From positions 1-19,885 of the forward strand of contig NW_021824061.1 of the NCBI RefSeq assembly GCF_006345805.1: 19,885 nucleotides of DNA, in the 5' to 3' direction. Numbering within the stretch: position 1 is the stretch's first letter; every line of letters begins with the position of its first letter. Source of the stretch: Octopus sinensis. Lineage: Eukaryota. Positions 10,504-19,815 of this stretch are shown piece after piece. The position numbers and the translations under genes are program-made. The notes beneath the pieces were generated by a model. That model ran no database searches and was not told where the DNA came from. It worked only from the letters and a program-made list of their open reading frames with translations.

Positions 10504-10600
10504 ATATCTGCTTTAAATATAATGCACAGATTGCTATTTTGAACTTCTACTTATTCTGTTGCCCATAACAAACTAAAGAACATATGGCATATTATTGTTC

Positions 10601-10719
10601 TATACATATACATACACACACACATACACATATACATATAAATATATATATATATATTATATATATATATATATGACGGGCTTCTTTCAGTCTCCGTCTA
10701 CCAAATCCAAATTATACAA
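10601..10719 (-). mobile_element. CA/TA microsatellite plus SINE-A central fragment
   Basis: GACGGGCTTCTTTCAGT.TCCGTCTACCAAATCCA at 10676-10719. Confidence 0.75.
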
Positions 10720-11009
10720 AAACGATTTTAGAGAGATTTGCCAATTATTTCTAGCAGATCGGATGACCGGTACTTTCATAGTTGGCTCGATTTTACTTTT
10801 AAAATTAGTGGTTTTATAGTTTTAACCTTTATAATTCTTATAATATAGACTAAAATATATAATAAATACATCAATAATAAAGGAGAGAAATGTTATTTCT
10901 ATTATCTGTGGAGCTTCAAATACCTAAATTTAACTTTAGTGCCGAGTTTTTAAGTATATTTCCAACCTATAATGAATAGAATTAAATTATATGGAGTTGT
11001 GTACATCTA

Positions 11010-11334
11010 ATTATGCGTGTATATGAATGTATATGTGTATGTATGTATGCAAGTATGTATGTATGTATGTATGTATAAAATTGGTTGTGTATTTAATTAT
11101 GTGTATACATAATTAAATATATACGTAATTTATATATATAATTATATATATACGTAATTATATATGTAGTATGTATATATGTATGTGTGTGTATATATAC
11201 ATATATAAATAAGCATATACACATAGTTTTATTATATATGTACATATATCTATCTCTCTACCTCTCTCTCTATCTATCTATCTATCTTTCTATCGAGCTA
11301 TATATATATAATATTATATATAATATATATATAT

Positions 11335-11366
<32 letters not shown>

Positions 11367-11483
11367 TGTATGTATGCATATGTATGTATGTATGCATATG
11401 TATGTATGTATGTATGCATATGTATGTATGTATGTATGCATATGTATGTATGTATGCATATATATGTATGTATGTATGTATGC

Positions 11484-11516
<33 letters not shown>

Positions 11517-11543
11517 CATATATATGTATGTATGTATGTATGC

Positions 11544-11574
<31 letters not shown>

Positions 11575-11601
11575 CATATATATGTATGTATGTATGTATG
11601 C

Positions 11602-11634
<33 letters not shown>

Positions 11635-11928
11635 CATATATATGTATGTGTATATATGTATGTATGTATGTATATATATGTATGTGTATATATATATATA
11701 TGTATGTATATGTATATGTGTATATATATATATATACATATATATATATACACACATATATATATATTGTAACACATATATATATACACAAACATACATA
11801 TATATATATTGTATACACATATATATATACACAAACATACATATATATACATATATATATACACATATATATATATACACAAACATACATATATATATAT
11901 ATATATACACATACATATATATATATGT

Positions 11929-12005
<77 letters not shown>

Positions 12006-12027
12006 TATATACATACATGATGAATAT

Positions 12028-12082
<55 letters not shown>

Positions 12083-12083
12083 T
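11010..12083. repeat. Large compound microsatellite (TATG/TGCA variants, TA, CA, TCTA, TAGA)
   Basis: Direct. It explains all the 140-283 aa MYVC/HTYI ORFs here. Confidence 0.97.
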
Positions 12084-12648
12084 GAGCAAATTGATTTTTT
12101 TTAACCTAAATATAAGCAAATTAATATATGTTGTGTCTAGTAGTGAGCATTCTAAATAGATGGAGACGGCAATTCCAGTTATCAACGGGAAAAGCAGACA
12201 TCACGGCGACTAAATAAAATTCCACAAAGAAAAGAAAGAATTACAAAAAATAAAAGAAAGCAATAAAAAAAATCAGTGGTGTGAGGAGAGAGACAGAGAA
12301 GGCGGGGCCTGCTCATGCTACCACCTCACTAGTAAACGAGTAGTTGCAAACCACGGTTTAGCAATATAACCAATGAGGGAGCTTCAACGTGGTCTCTCCT
12401 TGGCTAGTAGATGCTACAACTCAGTGAAGCCCTAGCGATTTTGCGTTTTAGATTTCTGGTGGGGGTTTAAGTCTGAATGGATAACACAGTGTGAGATAAA
12501 CTACGTCTTGAAAGACAGGATGGTCGTGGGAAGAATGAATACCTTTGATTAAGGTAAACGTAGGTCTAAAGGTGAAATAAACAGCGGAGATTCTTTGCCC
12601 CTCACAGAAACTGCAGCAGTTACTCAGAGATTTTAGAAGCTCTTCATC

Positions 12649-12744
12649 TCCAATGTATGTGGTGTACATTACCTCACTCCCTCCATCAAATCGTCGTTGC
12701 CTGAAGAGGTGCACAGTATACAACACCACCGGTGTCGAAGTGAT
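12649..12744. repeat. 96-bp direct repeat, copy 1
   Basis: 93/96 identical to 13185-13280. Confidence 0.95.
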
Positions 12745-12845
12745 TGCAGAGCAGCGTGAGATGAAGTGTTCTGCTCAAGAACACAATGCACCACCTGATC
12801 CAGGAACTGAAACCACAATCTATCATGATGGCAGAACCTCTGAAT
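12745..12845 (-). mobile_element. Degraded SINE-C-related head fragment
   Basis: GAGCAGCGTGAGATGAAGTGTTCTGCTCAAGAACACAA...GAAACCACAAT, similar to 6347-6420. Confidence 0.7.
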
Positions 12846-13184
12846 TTATTCTCAATATCAGAAACTCTGACTCTATCAAAATGTCAGAAACAGCTCAGGG
12901 TCACAGGCATTTCGCCCCTTAGCCTGAGCGTTTTACCTGAAAATGGAGCAGCGATTATTGAATCAGTTTTCGCCTGCTGAAGGGTTGCACCTGCGATCGT
13001 TTGTCCACTACATTCACTCTGAGCTGGTTTCAGCTGCCATTGATCTCTGCTTGGTAAATTTTTTTTTTTTTCTTTTTGCCTTTAGAAAACAGCGCACCGA
13101 TTTAGCTGGAAAGCTCGTAATCCGAGTAAAACGGTTTTGCAGTTTCTTGCTGAACGACCCGCACAAACGATTTGTTTCTAGTGA

Positions 13185-13280
13185 TCCAATCTATGTGGTG
13201 TACATTACCTCACTCCCTCCATCAAATCGTCGTTGCCTGAAGAGGTGCACAGTATGCAACATCACCGGTGTCGAAGTGAT
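13185..13280. repeat. 96-bp direct repeat, copy 2
   Basis: 93/96 identical to 12649-12744. Confidence 0.95.
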
Positions 13281-13580
13281 CACATATTATCTCTGGCTGC
13301 CCTGGTCCCGCTTAGAAAGAATATACTGTATTGTTTTTGTTATGTATATGTCAATCAGCACATCGAAGCTAACTTAGATGTGTTCTTTATATCACAGGAG
13401 ACTGCAGTAAAAGTTTCAAAAACTATTACAGTGGTGCAATCTACTGGTGCTGATTAAATCCAGCCAAGCGATAGAATTTCGATACTATTTTTTAGCATTT
13501 GTCGCCTACACGAAATTATTTATTCGGGACGTTTGCCGCAGTCTATGGCGCTATGAAAAATATATCCAGATTAGCTGGTA

Positions 13581-13969
13581 TTCTCTTTACTCTTTTACTT
13601 ACTTCAGTCATTTGACTGTGCCATGCTGGAGCACCACTTTTAGTGGAGAAAATCGACCCTGGACTTATTCTTTGTAAGCTCAGTACTTATTCTATCGGTC
13701 TCTTTTGCCGAACCGCTAGGTGACGGGGACGTAAACACACCAGCATCGGTTGTCAAGCAATGCTAAAGGGACAAACACAGACACACAAACATACACACAT
13801 ATATATACGACGGGCTTCTTTCAGTTTCCGTCTACCAAATCCACTCACAAGGCTTTGGTCGGCCCGAAGCTATAGTAGAAGACACTTGCCCAAGATGCCA
13901 CGCAGTGGGACTGATCCCGGAACCATGTGGTTCGTAAACAAGCTACTTACCACACAGCCACTCCTACGC
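13581..13969 (-). mobile_element. SINE-A, near full length
   Basis: Head, CA repeat, body and tail collinear with 4678-5076. Confidence 0.92.
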
Positions 13970-14004
13970 AAATGTGCAAATTTTAGTTCATTACAAAGGT
14001 TTCT

Positions 14005-14150
14005 AATGAGAGGAGGAGAGGAGGGAGGGAGGGAAACGAGGAAGGTAGGAAGAGAATGAGAGAATATGGAGAGGAAGGACGAGAAGAAGGCAGAAAGGGA
14101 GGCGGTGACAGAAGGTATTCGTGTGTGTGTGTGTGTGGTTGTGTGTGTGG
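14005..14150. repeat. GA-rich tract and (TG)n
   Basis: Direct. Confidence 0.8.
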
Positions 14151-14303
14151 CGATAAGAGCACCTGCACTTAACCACTACTTTATTTTACGGACACCCCGG
14201 AAACATTAAAATACAAAACTGCACTTCAGCAGGTTTTGAACGCAGAGTGGAGTGGAGTAGAACGATCTGATATTCAAAACAAAGGCATGGGGAACCATTT
14301 TCT

Positions 14304-14676
14304 TATTTCTTTATTGCCCACAAGGGGCTAAACATAGAGGGGACAAAGAAGGACAGACAAACGGATTAAGTAGATTAGATCGACCGCAGTGCGCAACTGG
14401 TACTTAATTTATCGATCCCGAAAGGATGAAAGGCAAAGTCGGCCTCGGCGGAATTTGAACTCAGAACGTAACGGCAGTCATAATACCTATTTCTTTACTA
14501 CCCACAAGGAGCTAAACACAGAGAGGACAAACGGATTAAGTCGATTATATCGACCACAGTGCGAAAGGATGAAAGGCAAAGTCGACCTCGGTGGAATTCG
14601 AACTCAGACCGTAGCGGCAGACAAAATACCGCGAGGCATTTCGCCCGGCGTGCTAACGTTTCTGCCAACTCGTCGC
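14304..14676 (-). mobile_element. SINE-B dimer with 18-bp TSD
   Basis: Two units (14304-14487 headless; 14488-14676 with head and internal deletions). TSD CATGGGGAACCATTTTCT (14286-14303) / CATGGGAAACCATTTTCT (14677-14694). Confidence 0.92.
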
Positions 14677-14831
14677 CATGGGAAACCATTTTCTAGAAGC
14701 TAACCGCATGAGACATAACTCATTATCAAGTAATTTTTTTCGTCAGGGATAGCATTCAGAAAGTCCCGCGGACCGCAGGTTACCCGCGACCGCTGTGACT
14801 GCTCTAATGAATCTGCCAGTCAGCCGTCTAA

Positions 14832-15963
14832 CCTATTTCTTTACTATCCACAAGCGGCTAAACTCAGAGAGGACAAACAAGGACAGACAAACGGATTAAG
14901 TCGATTATATCGACCCCAGTGCGTAACTGGTACTTATTTAATCGACCCCGAAAGGATGAAAGGCAAAGTCGACCTCGGCGGAATTTGAACTCAGAACGTA
15001 ACCGCAGACGAAATACCTGTTTCTATTTCTTTATTACCCACAAGGGGCTAAACACAGAGGGGACAGACAAGGACAGACAAAGGGATTAAGTCGATTATAT
15101 CGACCCCAGTGCGTAACTGGTACTTAATTTATCGACCCCGAAAGGATGAAAGGCAAAGTCGACCTCGGCGGAATTTGAACTCAGAACGTAACGGCAGACG
15201 AAATACCTATTTCTTTATTACCCACAAGGGGCTAAACATAGAGGGGACAAACAAGGACAGACAAACGGATTAAGTCGATTATATCGACCCCAGTGCGTAA
15301 CTGGTACTTATTTAATCGACCCATGGGATGAAAGGCAAAGTCGACCTCGGCGGAATTTGAACTCAGAACGTAACCGCAGACGAATACCTTTTCTATTCTT
15401 TATTACCCAAAGGGGCTAAACACAGAGGGGACAGTACAAAGGGATTAAGTCGATTATATCGACCCCAGTGCGTAACTGGTACTTAATTACGACCCGAAAG
15501 GATGAAAGGCAAAGTCGACCTCGGCGGAATTTGAACTCAGAACGTAACGGCAGACGAAATACCTATTTCTTTTATTACCACAAGGGGCTAACATAGAGGG
15601 GACAAACAAGGACAGACAAACGTATTAAGTCGATTATATCGACCCCAGTGCGTACTGTACTTATTTAATCGACCCCGATGGGATGAAAGCAAAGTCGCCT
15701 CGGCGGAATTTGAACAGACGTAACCGCAGACGAAATACCTGTTTCTATTTCTTTATTACCCCAAGGGTCAAACACAGAGGGGACAGACAAGGACAGACAA
15801 AGGGATTAAGTCGATTATATCGACCCCAGTGCGTAACTGGTACTTAATTTATCGACCCCGAAAGGATGAAAGGCAAAGTCGACCTCGGCGGAATTTGAAC
15901 TCAGAACGTAACGGCAGACGAAATATCGCTAAGCATTTCGCCCGGCGTGCTAACGATTCTGCC
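14832..15963 (-). mobile_element. SINE-B six-unit tandem array with a single head
   Basis: Units start at 14834, 15024, 15208, 15394, 15564 and 15746. Only the last carries the 5' head. GCCGTCTAA at 14823-14831 and 15961-15969 is a possible TSD. Confidence 0.95.
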
Positions 15964-16240
15964 GTCTAAACTGCCTACCTGTCTGTCTGTTTGTCTATCT
16001 AGCTGCCTGATATTCCATCGAGTTTACTGTGCAACGGATTGCAGTATTTTGTAAAGCAACTAGGAAACCGTAATGGATGGCGATAGTTCATCATTGGGAG
16101 GAAGTTGGTCACCGGGAGTGGACGTTCTTCATTCATTCATTTATAAACTCATCCATCATACATCACCAATACCATAGGCACCATCTCCATCGCCATCAAC
16201 ATCAGCCTGAATGAAAATGGTTAAGAGAAGTAAGAGGAGA

Positions 16241-16670
16241 TGGTTGAAGTGGTGGTGGTGGTGGTAGTTGGATTGCGGTTGACGGTGCTGCGACTGATGG
16301 TGGTGGTAATGGTGCTGGTTGTGGTAGTAATGGTGGTGGTGGTGGTGGTGGTGGTGATGGTAGTGTGGTGGTGGTGGGGTGGTGGTGGTAGTGTTGGTGG
16401 TGGTGGTGGTGGTGGTGGTGGTCGTCGTCGTCGTCGTCGTCGTCGTCCTCGTCTTGGTGGTAGTGGTGGTGGTGGTGGTGGTGGTGGTGGTGGTGGTGGT
16501 TATGGTATTGGTCGTGGTTGTGGTGGTGGTGGTGGTGATAGTGTTGATGGTCGTCGTGTTGGCGGTGATGGTGGCGGTGGTGGTCGTTGTCGCCGTCGTT
16601 GTCATCGTCGTTATCTTCGACGTGGTGTTGGTGGCGGTGGTGGTGGTAGTGGTGGTGCTGCTGCTGCTGG
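16241..16670. repeat. (GGT)n low-complexity tract with a (GTC)n insert and a (GCT)n end
   Basis: Direct. It yields the poly-T/H/V/G ORFs in several frames. Confidence 0.95.
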
Positions 16671-16901
16671 ATGTGACCATCAATACCGCTGTTTCTCAAA
16701 TTGGGTCGAGTACACCCTGGTGGTAAAATTGAACATTGTTATATTGGTACCGAGGACAACGGAGGGCAGGCATTAGGTAGCGACAGTGAAACATGCTTCA
16801 GTACAGTTTCGTTGTTAATCTTCGTTTCCTATTTGAATATTAACTTTTTGAGATATTTCAAATACAATATCATGATAAACTGCTTGTTTATCTACAACCT
16901 G

Positions 16902-16926
16902 AACAACAACAACAACAACACAACAA
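16902..16926. repeat. (AAC)n
   Basis: Direct. Confidence 0.9.
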
Positions 16927-16929
16927 TTA

Positions 16930-17365
16930 CGGATCTTTTCGGTTTGAACTGCAGTTTTTAACATAATTTCTAGGTAGCTAAAAAATTTTAAACTTCGTAT
17001 ACTGGTAGAATGTGTTTCTAAAACATCTTTTTCTCTTGGCTTTATTGAGAAAATTCTATAGTTTGTAAGATATTTGTTGTTTTTTTTTCTTCAATTTCTG
17101 CAATTTCAACCTATCACTGACATCTATTGAGGTAAAAAAAATATTCTGTGCCGTATGAATATTCCCTCGTTTAAGAAACAGATTGGGTTTATTTACATTT
17201 GTGAAGAAAAAAAGATACCCTTTCCCCACCCTTAACCCTAACCTTAACTAACCCTAACCGTAAAACAGATTGAAATGCAATAGATCGATACTAGCGTCAT
17301 AATTATGGGTGACAATTTCATATGACACCGCTAGAAAAAACTGCCGTTCAAACCGAAAAGATCCA
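16930..17365. mobile_element. MITE / non-autonomous DNA transposon with 29-bp TIRs and TA target duplication
   Basis: GGATCTTTTCGGTTTGAACTGCAGTTTTT (16931-16959) matches the reverse complement of 17336-17364 at 28/29. TA at 16928-16929 and 17366-17367. No ORF. Confidence 0.9.
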
Positions 17366-17455
17366 TAGTTACAGCTCAGTCGGTTGAGCATCAGACTTTT
17401 ATATCTTGATTAATAAGTGATCTGAATGTTGTAGGTTCATTTTCCTCAGCGGGCG
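17365..17455 (+). pseudogene. tRNA-Lys(TTT) pseudogene with an 18-nt intron at the canonical 37/38 position
   Basis: D arm GCTCAGTCGGTTGAGC. Anticodon stem TCAGA/TCTGA with loop CT-TTT-A|intron 17402-17419|A. The 3' end CGGGCG is as in eukaryotic tRNA-Lys. The acceptor 5' strand and T arm are degraded. Confidence 0.8.
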
Positions 17456-17469
17456 CATATTTCCTCTTA

Positions 17470-17506
17470 GGCGCAGGAGTAACTGAGTGGTTAAGGAGCT
17501 TGTTTT
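17470..17506 (+). mobile_element. SINE-A 5' head fragment
   Basis: GGCGCAGGAGTAACTGAGTGGTTAAGGAGCTTG resembles GGCGTAGGAGTGGCTGTGTGGTAAGTAGCTTG. Confidence 0.55.
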
Positions 17507-17689
17507 GTTGAAAGAAAAAAAAAAAGGAAAAAGTAAGTGTTTCAAGGAAAAAAAAGATGATTAAGAAAAAATAGAACGATTGTAAATAGTGTGTATAAAC
17601 GTTCAAATGGTACTGCATGGGAATGGGGCCCATGCAACCATTTCATTTATTCGTTTTTATATAACACTTCATTCTCATTCGTTTTATGT

Positions 17690-17769
17690 TTTATATCCCC
17701 ATTGTGGTGTTGTGTCTGTCCTTGTATTGTTCCCCTCTGTATTGTGGCCGTGGTGCCAAATAAAGAAAT
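17690..17769 (+). mobile_element. 3' tail of a further element in the Tx1-like/SINE-B tail family
   Basis: TGTCTGTCCTTGT..TGTTCCCCTCTGT...AATAAAGAAAT. The 5' extent is uncertain. Confidence 0.6.
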
Positions 17770-18402
17770 TCTGTGTGTTGCCTTTATGGCAAAATCATTG
17801 AAATAAAGTAGCTTGCTATCTCATTGCGCATTAGAGTTGTGTTTGACACCGAAGCTGTAAGGCATGTTTTTGAAGCCGTTTTAAATTGAAGACTTTTGAA
17901 ACTCAGCTCTAAGGTAAGACTTTTTCTCTGTCTAGTGGGGATCTGTTGTTTACAGCAATTATTTTTTTAAAACAGGAATTCCTCACTGAGGCTGAGTGAA
18001 AATTTTTTTCATTTAATTGTAAAACTTTTTTGTTTTGGTGGGCGTATCCTGCTGCAAAATTTTGTTTGAAAATAGTTTGTCCAGGGATTACTCCGTGGGA
18101 ATTTTTAGAAAAATTCCAACGATATTCTTCCTGTCAAGGAGTACCCATGAAAAAAAAAAAAAAAAAAACGAAAAGTGGAATGATTTTTTGAACTGTTTAA
18201 CAATTGCGTTAAAAATTTGGCCTGGAATACCGAGTGGTCTTCGCTGTGTTTTGAACTGTTGCTCTCTCTTCATCTATCTTTTTTTTTTTAAACTCTTTAT
18301 TGAACTGTTAATTTTTTTTCTCTCCTTCCTTTCTGTTTGGACCTTTTTTCTCTTCCTTCTTTTCCTTAATTATTTTGTATTTTAAGAACTATATTTTTGG
18401 AA

Positions 18403-18700
18403 GGCGGTGAGCTGGCAGAAACGTTAGCACGCTAGGCGAAATGCGTAGCCGTATTTCGTCTGCCGTTACGTTCTGAGTTTAAATTCCGCCAAGGTTGACT
18501 TTGCCTTTCATCCTTTCGGGGTCGATTAAATGAGTACCAGTTACGCACTGGGGTCGATATAATCAACTTAATCCGTTTGTCTGTCCTTGCTTGTCCCGTC
18601 TGTGTTTAGCCCCTCGTGGGTAGTAAAGAAATAGGTATTTCGTTTGTCTTTACGTTCTGAGTTCAAATTTCGCCGAGGTGTCTTTGCCTTTCATCCTTTT
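18403..18700 (+). mobile_element. SINE-B: full monomer plus partial second unit
   Basis: Head GGCGGTGAGCTGGCAGAAACGTTAG, B box GAGTT(T)AAATTCC, tail AAAGAAATA at 18633, then re-entry GGTATTTCGT. Confidence 0.92.
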
Positions 18701-18827
18701 TAATCATTTTTATAATTCATATATATATATTTTATTATAAATGCAAAACAGCACCACGGGGGAATTGACGTAAGCTTAAATAATAAACCACGATAGGTGA
18801 CCTGCGATATGGTGAGGTATTACGTTT

Positions 18828-19815
18828 TTTTCAAATTTGCTTTTACACATTCCATAGCAGATAAAATAAATCCGAGATCACCATCGCTATTTTTCCTTCT
18901 GTGGTGAATAAAATAGTACCAGTCAAGCTGGGATCAGTTATACCTTTTATTCTTCCGCGATGGATAAAATAACCAAGTTAAACCGGGATTAAATTTGCCT
19001 TTTAACTTTCCAAGGTATATAAAGAAAAAGTTCCAGGTAAATCAAGATCAACATTCCTTTTTAAGTTTCCATAGCAGTTAACTCCATCTGTATAACACCC
19101 GTGGACATGTTTACAAAGTCAGAAAACAGCACAGCTCCCATGACTTTCGGAAGCACTTTTTCACGCTAAGAGTTGCTGAAGCATGGAACAAACTGCCGGC
19201 ATCTGTTGTTAGTTGTCGGAGCACTGCATCCTTCAAAACTTCCATGCTTCCTGAGATTCGCCAACACTTCACCTGATTTTCTCCCCTCCATACACACGCA
19301 AGCATATATCTGACTCATACACTGTTCACTTTCCAGACATTTGTACATTACTGCATATTCTTTATACGCACTTTTGACAAGTTGTGGTGCACCTGAGCAC
19401 TGTATACAATAATTTAATTATTATGTATATATAAAACAGTGCCAATTAAGTTGAAATCGATTTTACTTTTTAACTTTCTGTAATTGATAAAACAGTACCA
19501 GTTAAGTTGATCTTTAAGTCAAGATAGATAAACTTTGGCTTTTAACACTCCATGGTTGAAAAAGTAGTAACAGTTAAGATGAGCTCTGCTTTGGCTTTAA
19601 CCTTCCGTGGCGGCTCAAATAGTAGCTAAGCTGAGATCAAATTTACCTTCAACTTTCTATGGTAATAAAATAGTACAAGTTGAGCCGATATAAACTTTAA
19701 CGTTCTGTCGTGGATAAAACAGAACATCATAAGTTAAGACGAGATCAACTTTGCTTTTAACCTTCTATAATACTAAAACGGCACCAACCAAGTACTTTTT
19801 AGGATTAATCGACTG
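18828..19815 (+). repeat. Degenerate ~52-60-bp minisatellite (about 11 units) interrupted by CR1
   Basis: Recurrent GAGATCAA(C/A)TTT.CCTTTTAACTTTC....GATAAAA.AGTACC.GTTAAG; unit starts include 18876, 18932, 18987 and 19046. Confidence 0.8.
19081..19424 (+). mobile_element. 5'-truncated CR1-clade LINE (ORF2 C-terminus plus 3' UTR)
   Basis: 19082-19276 encodes LHLYNTRGHVYKVRKQHSSHDFRKHFFTLRVAEAWNKLPASVVSCRSTASFKTSMLPEIRQHFT*, with the typical TRGH...FF..RV...WN.LP..VV...FK motif. It ends in an ATT-rich tail. Confidence 0.92.

Noticed and set aside
11187-12185. Long ORFs of 140-283 aa, and similar ones at 197-647, 822-1136, 1125-1637 and 2140-2473
   Set aside because: Translations of TA/TATG/CA microsatellites, open in several frames and on both strands.
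12660-12730. Tc1/Tc3 transposase-like motif (RQRRFDGGSEVM vs RRNFGGGTVM)
   Set aside because: The match needs a gap, and no DDE motifs (QQDNA, SPDLNPIE) or TIRs follow.
14762-14795. GC-rich CCCGCGGACCGCAGG motif as a hAT MITE end (also CTGTTTCTCAAA at ~16689)
   Set aside because: No matching second TIR or 8-bp TSD found.
14304-15963. CRISPR-like array
   Set aside because: Whole ~185-bp units repeat with no unique spacers, the units are SINE-derived, and the context is eukaryotic with no cas genes.
14832-15963. Retrozyme (hammerhead-containing tandem) interpretation of the SINE-B array
   Set aside because: No CUGANGA core found on either strand of the unit.
16156-16776. Poly-Thr/His/Gly/Val ORFs
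   Set aside because: Products of the (GGT)n tract, with no non-repetitive domain.
17231-17259. True telomere or chromosome-fusion scar
   Set aside because: Only a few degenerate repeats, and they are internal to a MITE.
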